DNA of 64,000 nucleotides. It comes from the human T2T-CHM13v2.0 reference genome, Homo sapiens. The DNA lies in assembly GCF_009914755.1 (NCBI RefSeq), contig NC_060926.1; one strand, given 5' to 3'. Both the position numbers and the translations under genes were made by a program. The number at the start of each line of letters is the position of its first letter. The stretch's first letter is position 1. Below are positions 44,685-57,060 of this stretch, one piece after another. Under the pieces are notes generated by a model. It saw nothing but the letters and a program-made list of their open reading frames with translations. It was not told the DNA's origin and made no database searches.

Positions 44685-47600
44685 CCACATATCTATGGCT
44701 AACTGATTTTTGACTAGGTATCAGAATTCAATTAGGAAAAAATAGTTCTTCAACAAATGGTGCTAGAAAAACTAGATATCCTATCTTATTATATGCAAAA
44801 ATTAACTTAAAATGGATCAGCAGCTTACTTATTAAAGCTAAAACTATAAAATTATTCGAAGCAAATGTAAAGGTCATTCTTCATGACTTTGGATTAGGTA
44901 ATGAACTCATGATACCAAAAACAAACAGACAAAAAAAAAAAAAAACAGACAAGTTGGACCTCATTGAAATTAAAAACATTGTGCATCAAAAAATATCAAG
45001 AGTGAGAAGACGATTTATAGAATGCAAGAAAAAAATAGCAAATCTTATATCTAATAAGCACTAGTATCTAAAATATATGAAGAACTCTTTCAACTCAACA
45101 ACAAACAAACAATCCAATTTAGAAATGAGCTACAGGCTTGACTGGACATATCTCCAAAGAAGATATTCAAAGGTCCAATAAGCACATAAAAAGATGTTCA
45201 ACATTATTAGTCATTAAAGAAATGCAAATCAAAGCTACAAAGAGATACCACTTCACATCCACTAGGGTGTCATAAATAAAATGAAAAATATGTATTGGCA
45301 AGGGTGTAGAGGAATTGGAACTCTTGTACATTGACAGTGGGAATGCAAAATGATTAATCTGCTGTGGAAAAGGGTTAGGTGGTTCCTCAAAAATTAAAAA
45401 TGGTATTGCCATATGACTCTGAAATTCTACCCCTAGGTATATACCCCCAAATTGAAAATAGACACTCATACAAATACATATATATTCATGTTTATAGGAA
45501 CACTATTCGCAATAATCAAAGGGTAAAACCAACCCACATGTCCAACCATAGACACGTGGATAAATCAGTTGTGTCATATACAAACAATGGAATATTATTC
45601 AGCCATAATAGAGGAATGAAGTACATACTGCAACAGGAGTAAACCTCCGACACTTAAGGTCACATATTCTATGATTCTATTTATATGAAATATACATTAT
45701 AGATAAATCCACAGAGACAGAACACACATTGTTGCTTACCAGGAGTTGAGGGAGAAGGTAAAATGAGAAGAAACTGCTTAATATATTTTAACTTGGAGTC
45801 TTAGGAATGTATTAAACTAGATGTGTTGCTTGCACATTATTGTGAATATACTGAATGCTATTTAATTATTTGTTTTTAAATGATTAACTTATGTTTTGTG
45901 AATTTTGCATTTATAAAATTTTTAAATAATGTTGTATTAATATATTCTGGAGGAGATGGCAGAGATTAGTTCAACCTTTAAAGACCCAAAATATACAGCT
46001 GTGCTGATTCCATTTATGTCTTCATTTAATTCAATAATCTGGCCTCTGTAGAAACTGGATGAATCATGGAGAATGACTGTGTTCTATGATAGACTTAATT
46101 AAGCAGTAGCCCCAGTTGCAGCTGCAGCACTGGATGTGGTATCATTGCTGAAACAGATTAATAAGACCTCAGGTATGTGGTATATAGCCATTGATTTGGC
46201 AAATGTGTTCTTTTCCATTTAAATTAGTTAAGAGGATAAGAAACAGTTTGCATTCCTGTGGTACAGAACAATATTTATTTACAATTATGCCTCAGGACTA
46301 TGTTAAGTCTCTTGCCTTCTGTCACAACATAGTCCTAAGAGATCTAGACCACCTGGACATATCAAAGAGTATCATCCTGCTGCATTACACCAATGACATC
46401 ATGCTGAGTTGGCAAGATAAGAAAGAAATGGCTAAAACTGTGGAGGCCTTTGTAGGATATGTGCATTTCAAAGAAGAAAACCAAATCCTACAAAGATTCA
46501 GGGACTTGACACTTTAGTAACATTTAGACAGATTTGTTGCTCAGGAGATTACCATGATATTCCTTTCAAAGTAAGAAACAAATTGCTGCATCTTGCATCT
46601 TCCACCAAAAACAAGGAAACAAAGTATCTGGTAGACCACTTTGGGTCCACAGGTAGTATACCCACATGTAAGAATAATTACTAGAGAAGATGAAAACCTC
46701 TCAGATTTCCTGGAGTAGAGAAGAACACTGCAGTAAACCCAGGTTGCAGTGACATCAGTGCTGCCTCTTGGGCCATGTGATTCCACTGACATTATGGTGT
46801 TCAGAAGTAATGTGATATGGAGCTCATAGCAAGCCCAAGTGGGAGAATCACAATGCCATCTCCTGGGATACAGGGCTGTGGTATCCACCAGAGAGAATTA
46901 AAGCACTTTAAGAAATAAATGTAGTTTGACATGTCCCTGGGCCCTATTCGAGATCGAACACTTGAACATGGGACACAAAGTGGCAATGCCTTTGAAATTT
47001 CCCATTATGAGTTGGAGTCTATCAGATCCACCAAGTCATAAAGTCACATAGGCCTGGCAATAGCTTCCCATCATAAATGAAAATGGCACATCAAGGAATG
47101 AATCTGAGCAAGATCAAAGGGCCCAAGTTCTGCTCATGAGTACATACTTTCAGAGCCTATGTCATCTGCTGGAGTTGCACCAGTGTCTCTCCATCTTCTT
47201 GCACTTAAAGCCATATGGGGGTTTCTATGCATCCAGCTGTAGGAAGAGGAAGCAGCTGTACTTGGTTTATGGATAGTTCAGCTTTAGTGGGAGAGCACAA
47301 ACTGAAAATGGTCAGTGACTATATATCCTCATTCAGTGGCGACCCTTAAAAATGGCCAAGAGTGATAATTTTCCAAATGGGCTGAGCTATGAACAGTTAA
47401 CCCAGTCATCTATTTTTGTAGAATGAGCAATGGTGTCATGTCATGGTTATAGGAGGAAAAGAACTAGAAGTTTGGAGACATCTTCCAGACAGAAGCATGT
47501 GTATGGTCATATGGAGGTGGGAACAAAATGATATTTTCATTACACATTAACCCCATCATGAAAGTATAGATCATGGAAAAGACACTGAACCATTAAATAG

Positions 47601-48300
47601 ACATTGTGACTTGGCCTTTGTCATCAGCCACCCCACAATAGGCATGATGAATACATGAATGGGGTGATCATGTTGACAAAGTCACAGGCTATAAATGGGC
47701 CCAAAAAGATGAACTCCCACTAACCAAGGCAGATCTACTGACACCTCTGAATTTCTCCTTTTTAGTAACAGAGACCAATGCTAACACCCATTATGGCACT
47801 ATTCCTCAAGGAAATTGACTACTTGGTGAGAAATTACATTGGGTAGCTTCTACCCCAAAAACAGTGCTACTCATCCTCAAAGCTATGATAAATACTTGTT
47901 TTGGGTATGGGCTTACTTCTACCCACAAAGCCATAGCCAGCATCACTATCGGAAGGCTTAGAGAGTGCAGTGGATCAACACTCTGTAAGCCTCCTATACA
48001 CATGTCAGCAGATCAGGGGACTGACATGAGATGAAGGTGGTGAAGGAAATGCTGGAGTGGTCCATGACTGGGTGCCACGCTTCAGAATACTGTGTACTTA
48101 TTAAAACAAAGATCTCTCTATATGGTGCCCTGTCCCCTATAGGAAGGATACATGTGTTCAGAAACCAAAAGATGGAAGCATGCATAGCTCCACTTACCAA
48201 GACTCCTTACGATTCATGGGAGGAATTTATGATTTATGTCCCTATAACTCTAGGCTCTGCAGGGTTGAAGGTCGTGGTCTCCAAACAGGTACACTCTTGT

Positions 48301-48427
48301 TGTTGCGGCTCTGGGACTGACATTGTGGTGACAGCATCGTGCCCCTGGGATAACAGCTATCTAGTAGTATATTTCATTGGACCACATCCTGATTCCCCAC
48401 TGAACTCATTGTGCCAGGGACAGCAGC
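48301..48427 (-). repeat. 127-bp inverted copy of 49720-49846
   Basis: Manual alignment gives 4 mismatches in 127 bp against the reverse complement of 49720-49846. Confidence 0.97.
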
Positions 48428-49015
48428 TAAGTATCTTACCTAGGAGACACAGCTAAGTATCTTACTGAATTAAAAGTTACATTTGCTACCTGGGCACCTT
48501 GGACTTCTTCCACCCAGGGAACAGCAGGCAATAAAAGGTGTCACCAGATTGGCAGGGGTAATTAACCAGAAGCAGCAGGAGATAATGCTCCTTATACACA
48601 AGATGGGAGCAAGGAGAAATACCTGTGGAACCGAGGTGATACACTGGGCACCTTCCTGGCACTTCCTTGCTCCATTATAACTGTGCATGGATATGTCCAG
48701 CAATGTAGACCTGGAAGTAGAATGGCTATCAAAGCTTCAGAGCCCTCAGAGATAAAAGTGTGAGTTGCACCACCAGACGAGCCACCTAGACCTGCTGAAG
48801 TGATAGCTGAGGGTGAGGGAAATATAGAGTGGAGAAGGGAGGGAATGAGTGTCAGTGATGACCTGTGATCATCTGCAGCAATGAAGCCTCTAGTTAATCA
48901 GATTCACTTTGTTTTTCTGAGTTTTACTCAGATAAGAGGGCCACAAAAGACACATGGAGGAGCTCCTCCCTACACCCATGTAAAAATGTAGATCTGAACA
49001 GTGCAAGAGGAGGAG

Positions 49016-49175
49016 TGTGGCAGCCATAAGAATGTGCACTGTCCTCTGACCACAGAGACGAAAACTGACTCAGGACCTCTGCTGCTGAATGCTGAAATCC
49101 ATTGCTAAGATGTACTGAGATCACACCTCTCTTGGGCTGATTCCAGCCAATGACAGACAGTGGTGCAAGAGTACT
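49016..49175 (+). mobile_element. LTR16-type 3' LTR (truncated)
   Basis: tgtggcagccat directly after the PPT; ccagccaatgac motif. Confidence 0.65.
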
Positions 49176-50634
49176 GATAACTTCTACATATCAATATTTT
49201 AAAAAATCAATAGAACAATAGATTAGGGAGATAATCAGGCACTTATAAAAAATGGAAAATAAATAACATGTAAAACTGCTCAATCATTAATAATCAGGTT
49301 CTCAAATAGATACAACACTGTGTCATTTAACAATAATTGAATTGACAGATAATAGTTATAATAACTATAATGAGGACGAAGAGGAGGAGAAGTAGTAGTA
49401 GTACTATCACAATTTCAAATGTTGGTTAGGATGTGAGGAAATATAAACTCATATACGTGGTGGTATAAGGTGGTCCAATTATTTGGAAGAGCAATATGAC
49501 AAAACCTAGTGCAAAGGTATCTATTTCCTAAAACATAGTGCTTCAGCCATGGTTCATTTGAATACTGCGAAAACACATCTAGACATCTGAAAGCGAAAGC
49601 AATTCAAAACATGAATGTAGAGGCATATAACATTTTCAGAGAGTATGAAGGAAGAGACCCTAGGCAGGGCTTTTAAGAATCACTCCTAGGCAATGTCTGT
49701 TATCTGGCTTACCAGGGATGCTGCTGTCCCTGCCACAATGAGTTCAGTGGGGAATCAGGATGTGGTCCAATGAAATATACTACTAGATAGCTGTTATCCC
49801 AGGGGCACGATGCTGTCACCACAATGTCACCCCCAGGGCCGCAACACATCAGCTAGTTCATAGGCAAAATAATGTGCTCTGCACCCTGCCCTTGGGTGGG
49901 ACAGTGGAAAGTCGGACATTGTCTGATGCTAGAATAAAACAAGGAAAACGTCTCTGTGCCTACTTGTTAGCAGAGCAGCCCAGCCTTCACCTCGTTTTTT
50001 TTCCTTTCAAATCTCCACGTGACCATCCAACTGGGAAATCTAAAACACATCTGCAACTACAGACAGAAGTGAGTATACAACTTCCCAGGTATTGTGAGAT
50101 GGTCAAGTAAACAAGCGAAGTTTAAAATGGAAGGTAAGCACCAAACTAACTAAATCCACCTCATTCAACAATTTCACTTCTAGCACACAACCTAGAGAGC
50201 TGTTTATGCACAAGAAAAGTTGTGTTGTTTTGGATGGCTAATTCTTTCATGTTTTAGATATTTATTGCAGGATGTTAAGGATGCCTTGCCTCCTAGTAAC
50301 AATTTCCAGCAGCATCCCTCAGCCATCATGATGAACAAACTGAACATATATATTTTCAAACGCCCCTGAGGAAGACAGTTGCATACTCCAGGTGTGAACT
50401 TTTTCTATTAAGGATTTCCATCATATTTACCCATGGAGATTCATAGCAGCATCGTCAATTACAGTGAAAAATTAGAGAGACTAATTGTCCATCAATAATG
50501 GAATAAAATAGATACATTCAGCTGTATAACTTTAAGCAATTAAAATGAATAAGCCATCAGTATGTATCCATAACAATAATCCTTGAACAGATAATATTTT
50601 GTGGGAAAAAAACAGGGTTGTAAAACAGTTCCTA

Positions 50635-50681
50635 TTAGATTGGCACAAAAGCAATTGTGTTTTTTGCCATTAAAAGTAATG
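50635..50681. mobile_element. Half MADE1 (Hsmar1 MITE): one TIR plus spacer
   Basis: TA + ttagattggcacaaaagcaattgtgttttttgccatt + aaaagt + aatg; the second TIR is missing. Confidence 0.82.
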
Positions 50682-50771
50682 CTTGTTTTTGGGTATGGAC
50701 TTACTTTTACTCACAAAGCCATAGCCAGCAACTCTATCTGGAGGCTGAGAGAGTGCTTGTGGATCAACACT
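50682..50771 (+). repeat. Direct copy (~88% identity) of the ERVL integrase segment 47895-47982
   Basis: Manual alignment gives about 11 differences in 90 positions. Confidence 0.9.
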
Positions 50772-51886
50772 GAAGTAAATACAGCTTCAAGATACTTTGA
50801 CAAAATTAGCCTTTTAAGCCAGTATGGGTCCTGTCTGAAGAATAGAAAGGCCTGTCACTATATTTTTTTGTAACCGAAAAAATACGAACTGTTTATATTT
50901 TTTATACATAATGTTTTGGAATATTGTGGAATGGCTAAATTGAGCTAATTAATGTATGCATTACCTCACGTACTTATTTTTGGTAGTAAGAACATTTATA
51001 ATCTTCTCTCAACAATTAAAAAAATAGTTTATTGTTATTAACCACAGTTATCATGTTGTACAATAAATCTTTTGAACTTATTCCTCCTATCTAACTGAAA
51101 TTTTTTATCATTTGATCAACATTTCCTCAATGACCCACCACCACCCTGGGAAACCAATATTCTATTCTCTGCTTTTATGAGTTCACCTCTTCTAGATTCC
51201 ACATATAAGTAGGATCATGTGGTATTAATCCTCGTGCATGGTTTATTTCATACAACATAACGCCCTCCAGGTTCATCCATGTTGATACAAATGACAATAT
51301 TTTCTTCTTTTTAAAGGCTGAATAGTGTTCCACTGCATATATGTCATATTTTCTTTATCCATTCATTTGTTGTGGGACAGAGGTTGATTCTGTATCTCAG
51401 CTACGCATATCATGTGGCAACGACATGGAAATACAGCTATCTCTTCATGATACTTATTTCCTTTTGGACATATACCCAAAAGTGAGATACTGGACTATAT
51501 GGTAGTTCTATGTTTAGTTTTCTGAGGAATCTCCATACTGTTTTCCATAATGGCTGTTTTCAATAACTTACATTCTCACCAACAGTGTACAAAGGTTTCG
51601 TTTTCTGCACATCATCCTCAACACTTTTCATCCTGTTTATATCAGCCATCCCAACAGGTGTGAGGTTAACATCTCATTATAATTTTAATTTGCATTTTCC
51701 TGATGATTAGTGGTGTTGACCATTTTAAAAAATATATCTGTTGGCTGCTTGTTGGTCTTCTTTTGAGAAATGTCTATTCAGGTCCTTTGCCTATTTTTAA
51801 AATCAGGTTATTTGTTTTTTTGGTAATGAGTGGTGTGAATTTCTTATATACTCTAGGTATTAACCCCTTATCAAGTGTGTGGTTTG

Positions 51887-52046
51887 GGCCAGGTGTGGTA
51901 GCTCATTCCTGTAATCCCAGCACTTTGGGAGGTCAAGATGGGAGCCTAAGAGTTCAAGGCTGCAGTGAGCCATGATTGTATCACTGTACTCTAGACTGGA
52001 TGACAGAGCAGATCGTGTCTCAAATTTTTTTAAAAAGGAAGAAAAA
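51887..52046 (+). mobile_element. FLAM/AluJ monomer
   Basis: ggccaggtgtggtagctc...gagttcaaggctgcagtgagccatgattg. Confidence 0.85.
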
Positions 52047-53274
52047 TGGTTTTCAAACATTTTCATCCATTCTATAGGTTGTTGCTTCATTCTATTGGTT
52101 GTGTAATTTACCATGAAGAAGCTTTTTAGTGTGATTCAATCCCATTTGTCAATTTTTGCTCTTGTTGCTTATGCTTTAGGGATATTAAAAGAAAATTATT
52201 GCCCAGACGAAAATCATGGAGCTTTCTCCCTACGTTTTCTTCTAATTGTTTTACAAAGTCAAGTCTTACATGTAAGTCTTCAATTCATTTTGAGTAGATT
52301 TTTGTATATGGTGTGGAATAAGTATTTCATATTCTTCTGCATGTGAATATCCATTTTCCCAACACAACTTATTGAAGAGATTGTCCTTTCCCATTGTGTA
52401 TTCTTTGCATCTTTGTGAAAAATCTGTTGATAAATGCACAAACTTGTTTCTGTGCTATCAGTTATGTTGTTGGTGTATGTTTCTGTTTTTATGGCAGTGC
52501 CATGCTGTATTGATTGCTATAGATTTGTATGATATTTTGAAATCAGAGACTGCGATGCCTCCAACTTTGTTCTTTTCGCTCAAGATTGTTTTTGTTATTT
52601 GGGGTCATTTGTGGTTTGATATTAATTTTATGATTGCTTTTTCTATTTCTGATAAAATGATTTTGGAATTCTGATAGGTTTGCATTAAATTTGTAGATTA
52701 CTTTGGTCAATTTAATAACGCTCAAATGGGCATTTTAATAATATTAACCCTTCCAATCCATGGACATAGGATACTTTTTTTTTCACTTATTTTCTGTGTT
52801 CTTTAATGTCTTTCATCAGTGTTTTATAGTTTTTTGTGTATAAGTCTTTTATTTCCTTGGGTAAATGTATTCCTAAGTATTTTATTTTATTTTATTTTGC
52901 AGCCACTGTAAATGGCATTGCTTTCTTGATTTTTTTCAGACAGTCATTGTTAGTGTATAGAAATGATCCTGACTTTTCTTTGTTGATTTTATTTTTTGTA
53001 ACTTTACTCAGGACATTTCTTACTTGTAACAGGTTTGTTTTTTTTTTTTTCAGTAGTCTTTAAGGTTTTCAATATATAAGATCATGCTGTCTGCATCAGA
53101 ACTCTTTTCTTCCCGATTTTGATGTCTTTATTTCTTCCTCTTGGCCAATTGCTCTAGCTAGGACTTTCAGTACTGTGTTGAATAGAAATGATGAGATTAA
53201 GTATCCTTATCTTCTCTTGCTCTTAGAGGGAAAGCTTTCAACTTTTCACCATTTAGTATAATGTTATCTGTGAG

Positions 53275-53705
53275 TATTATGTTAAGTGAAGTAAGTCAGG
53301 CACAGAAAGATAAATAGCATATGTTCTCACTCATATGTAGGAGCTAAAAAAAAAAAAAACTTGATCTCATATAGGTAATGAGAAGCATGGAGTAGAGATA
53401 AGAATGGTGGTCACCAGCAGCTGAGAAGTATAGGGGGCAGAGGGGACAAAGTTGGTTAACGAGTACAAAATACAGTTAAATTGAAGGAATAAGTTCTACC
53501 ATTTGATAACACAGTAGGGTGACTATAGTTAACTAAATTTATGGTATAGTTCAAAATAGATAGAAAAGAAGATTTAGAATACTCCCATCACAAAAAAAAA
53601 TAAATATTTGAGGTGATGGTACCCCAATTTCCCTATTACACATTGCATGTATCAAAAATGCATGTACCTAATATGTACAAATACTATCTATCAATTAAAA
53701 AGAAA
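53275..53705 (+). mobile_element. Separate L1MA 3'-end fragment at the inversion junction
   Basis: attatgttaagtgaagtaagtcaggcacagaaag...gggtgactatagttaac...tatcaattaaaa. Confidence 0.85.
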
Positions 53706-55061
53706 GATTTCAAATAGACAAGATAATGTTACACTTCAACAAACTAGAAAAAGAAGAACAAACTAAACCCAGAGGAAGCAGAGAAACAACAGGGATCAGA
53801 GCAGAAATAAATGATATAGAGACTAGAAAAAGCAGAAAAGACCCAGGAAACTAATTATTTGGCTTTTTGCAAAGATAAATAAAATTGAAAAGCTTTATGT
53901 AGACTAACAGAGAAAAGGAAAAAAAAGACTCAAATAAAATAATAAATGAAAGAGGGAACAAGTCATACCACAGAAATGCAAACATGAGACAAGTATCCAC
54001 AATTATACGCAAAATGTGAAATATCCTGTAAAAAATATGTTAATCCCTAGACACATACAAACTATGAAGACTTTTAGAAAATCTAAACAGACTAATGACG
54101 AGTAAGGAGGTTGAATCAGTAACTGAAAGTCTCCCATCAAAAAAAAAAAAAAAAAGCCCAGGACCAGATGGCTCCACTGTTGAATTCTACCAAATATGTT
54201 TAAAAGGGCTAATACTTAAACTCCTTCAAAAAAACTGAAGACGATGGAATACTTCCAAACTCATTTTACATGGCCAGAGTTGTACCCTGATTCCAGAGCC
54301 AGACAAGAACACTATACAAAAAGAAAACCACAGGCACTGATGAACATAGATACAAAAATCCTCAACAAGATACTAGCAAACTGAATTCAGGAGTGCATTA
54401 AAAGGATCATTCACCATGATCAATTAAGATTTATTCTATGGATGTAAAGATGGCTCAACATAAACAAATCTATAAATGGGAAACACTGTATTAACAGAAT
54501 AAAGGACAAAAATCATATGATCATCTCAATAGATGCAGAAAAAGCAATTGACAAAATTCATCGTCCTTTATGATAAAAATGCATACAAATTAGGTATAGA
54601 AGAAATGTTCTCATCACTGTTTTCTTTGTTATTTTTTGGCGGGTCTATTGACTTCAAAATGACTAGTCTAGAATTTACAAGGTATCACAGAGCTTAACAG
54701 TATTGGTACATACCAAATATGATAATATTTGCACAGTACACTGTGGTAATTTGATGAGGCTGTTTGAGGTTAGAGGTGACTAGCCCATGGGCTTTGGCTG
54801 CCTCTAGGCCTGTTCTAGCCTCCACAGGGGATGAAAGAATCAATACCGCAAGCAATGTTAACCCATTGGATGCACAATCTTTGGCAAGATCTATATTAAG
54901 AAAGATCAATAATGAACAAAGATCACAGTGGTCTCACAGCTTATTCTGCCAAATCAGACTATTTCTTAAAGGAGTTGTGTTTTAGAGACTAATGTGACCA
55001 ATATTTCCAAATCAAATAAAATAAATACATATAGAAGAAATATTCTACAAAGGTCATCCCC

Positions 55062-55310
55062 GGCCAGGCATGGTGGCTCCTAACACTTTGGGAGGCTGAG
55101 GTGGGTGGATCACCTGCGGTCAGGGGTTCTAGAACAGCCTGGCCAACATGGTGAAACCCCATCTCTACTAAAAAAATACAAAAAAAATTAGCCAGGTGTG
55201 GTGGCACATGCCTGTAATCCCAGGTACTTGGGAGGCTGAGGCAGGAGAATCGCTTGAACCTTGGAGGTGGCGAGCAACACTCCATCTCAAACACACACAC
55301 ACACACACAC
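55062..55310 (+). mobile_element. Internally deleted AluS with a (CA)n tail
   Basis: Alu dimer with deletions; perfect 14-bp TSD acaaaggtcatccc. Confidence 0.92.
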
Positions 55311-56869
55311 AAAGGTCATCCCATGTAAAATCCACTTTTGGATAGGCAGCTACTACCTGCAAGCTAAGCAAAGTGCTTAGTACACCTAAATTTCTGTTGA
55401 CGTTAATGGAGTTCTGTTTTCATTGTTATAGGTCCCCTACTGACTGCCTTTTAAATCCATAGGTTCAAGTCAGAGTCTTCATTATGAAATTTCTGACTAC
55501 AGAGTATTCACATTAAAGAGTTTTGCCCTTAAAAAGAGGGCTACGCCCTCTGGTGAGCAAATACAAACCATCAGGCTGTTCCTGAATCCAGAGCATTCTC
55601 CCCAAAACCATGAAGACAGTCCTAGTCTCATCAATCACTGTAAAACCAAATCATCTTGTTAGAGAGTAACATACAAATTAAATTTTACCTGCAGGATGTG
55701 TTTAAAAAACTGTTACAAATTCTGCCAAGCCTGTTATAAAGCAAAAAATAAAAATAAAAAAAAGAAGGGAGAAGAAGAGCAGGAGAGGGGGAAAAGGGAG
55801 AACGGGAGGAACACAAACAACAACTTATTTTTCTGCTCTGCAAGGAAATTAGAAAACCCTTGTGGATATAATGCCTTTTTGCCCTTTGAGCTAATCACAG
55901 GTTCCTGGAAATTTCTTCTTTTTGGGGGATGCAAGTATCCTTCCTTTTCTGCTTGGAAGGAGTAATGCCCCTCCCATCTTCAGGTTGTTTGGAGTTAGTG
56001 TGCTTATATTGCACCCTCTGCCTCACCTGATCTCTCTGCTATTTGCTGAACCCTAAGCCCTGGGAAAGAGATGGCCACTGAAGCAGTGCAAATGTTGGAA
56101 CTCAGAGGCAATATTGCTCCCATCATTGCTTGATCCCCTCTTTCTTCCCAAAGCTCTATTTTAGCGCCTCCTGCTCATGAGTCAAATGTTTTCTGCCTCT
56201 GAACCACATCATGCACCTGCCTGAAGCACTGCTTAGATTTTCTCTCTGGGGTACAGTTTGTGTGAAGCCCATTGAGTTGAAAGTCCTTCAGCATTTGCTC
56301 TTTCCGACACCTAGGAGGCAGAGCCGCAGCAGACCGTTTTGTATTCTAGCCGCTAAATGTTAGAAAGTCAGATGGAGACAGAAAGTTCAAGGCCTGGCCA
56401 CATTAAGCTTTGGTATCACAGTGCTGCACACTTCGCCTATCATTTGTGAGGCAGGAACACTGGCTTTAGAAACATTTTACATTTAGGACATAAGAACAGC
56501 CAAATCTTCTAAGTCTTCAATTTTATTCATTCACCAGACCAAAATCATAAACTCTGTCACAAAAAAAAAAAAAAAAAAAAAAATCACTTGTTCTGAAGCA
56601 CTGTCCAAGTGAAAGGGGAGTTTTGTTATGTTTACAAGGAGACTGAACATGGATTCATTCTGCTACTAGAATACAAATGTGAGCAAAAGGGTGTGGGATA
56701 GTATGTCCAGTTCATTGTTTTGTGAAAAGGCTACAGGGATGATAACACAAGTGGGAATTCAGCTCTGATATGGTAAAACATTTATCCTGAAATCCAAAAT
56801 GTAGAAACTCAAATAACAAGATTTTTCTCCAAGCCTCATAAAATGTTAATTCAGGGAGAAATACCCGGA

Positions 56870-57060
56870 CCTTCTGGAAAGAGTCTAGGCTTTAGATTAC
56901 CACGGAGTGGAGAACTGGAGGTCAATACAGGCTCAGCTACTTTCTAGCTGTAGAAACTTGAGGACTTATTTCACTCTCTCTGAGCTTAAGTTTCCTTAGC
57001 AGCAACATGTGGCTAATTCCACCTGACCTTCAGGACTATTGAGAAATCCATTAAGTGTAT
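56870..57060 (+). mobile_element. MIR
   Basis: MIR core (ggctcagctactttctagctgt...ctctctgagcttaagtttcc). Confidence 0.7.

Larger units (their letters stand above)
42986..45930 (+). mobile_element. L1MB-type LINE 3' portion inserted in the ERVL
   Basis: ORF2-like text (gaacaagacaagaatgtc, cagagatgacatcattctata) through an L1MB 3'UTR (atgattctatttatatgaaa...acagagacagaa). Confidence 0.82.
41800..49015 (+). mobile_element. Decayed ERVL-class provirus internal region (HERV16/ERV3-16A3-like), split by L1MB
   Basis: pol remnants: SFNSIIWPL..WRMTV, WYIAIDLANVFFS, QYLFTIMPQDYVKSLAFCHNIVLRDLD..HYTNDIML (YIDD decayed); integrase GYGL..ITIGRLREC; LPGHLGLL..KGVTRLAGVI; polypurine tract aagaggaggag before the LTR. 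The 5' limit is uncertain. Confidence 0.85.
50871..54613 (-). mobile_element. L1MA with 5' inversion: antisense body 50871-53272, sense ORF2 segment ~53700-54613
   Basis: L1MA 3'UTR at the left; the sense segment ends at aattaggtatagaagaaatgttctca, just 5' of where the antisense body starts; candidate TSD tcactatattttttt/tcactgttttcttt. Confidence 0.8.
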
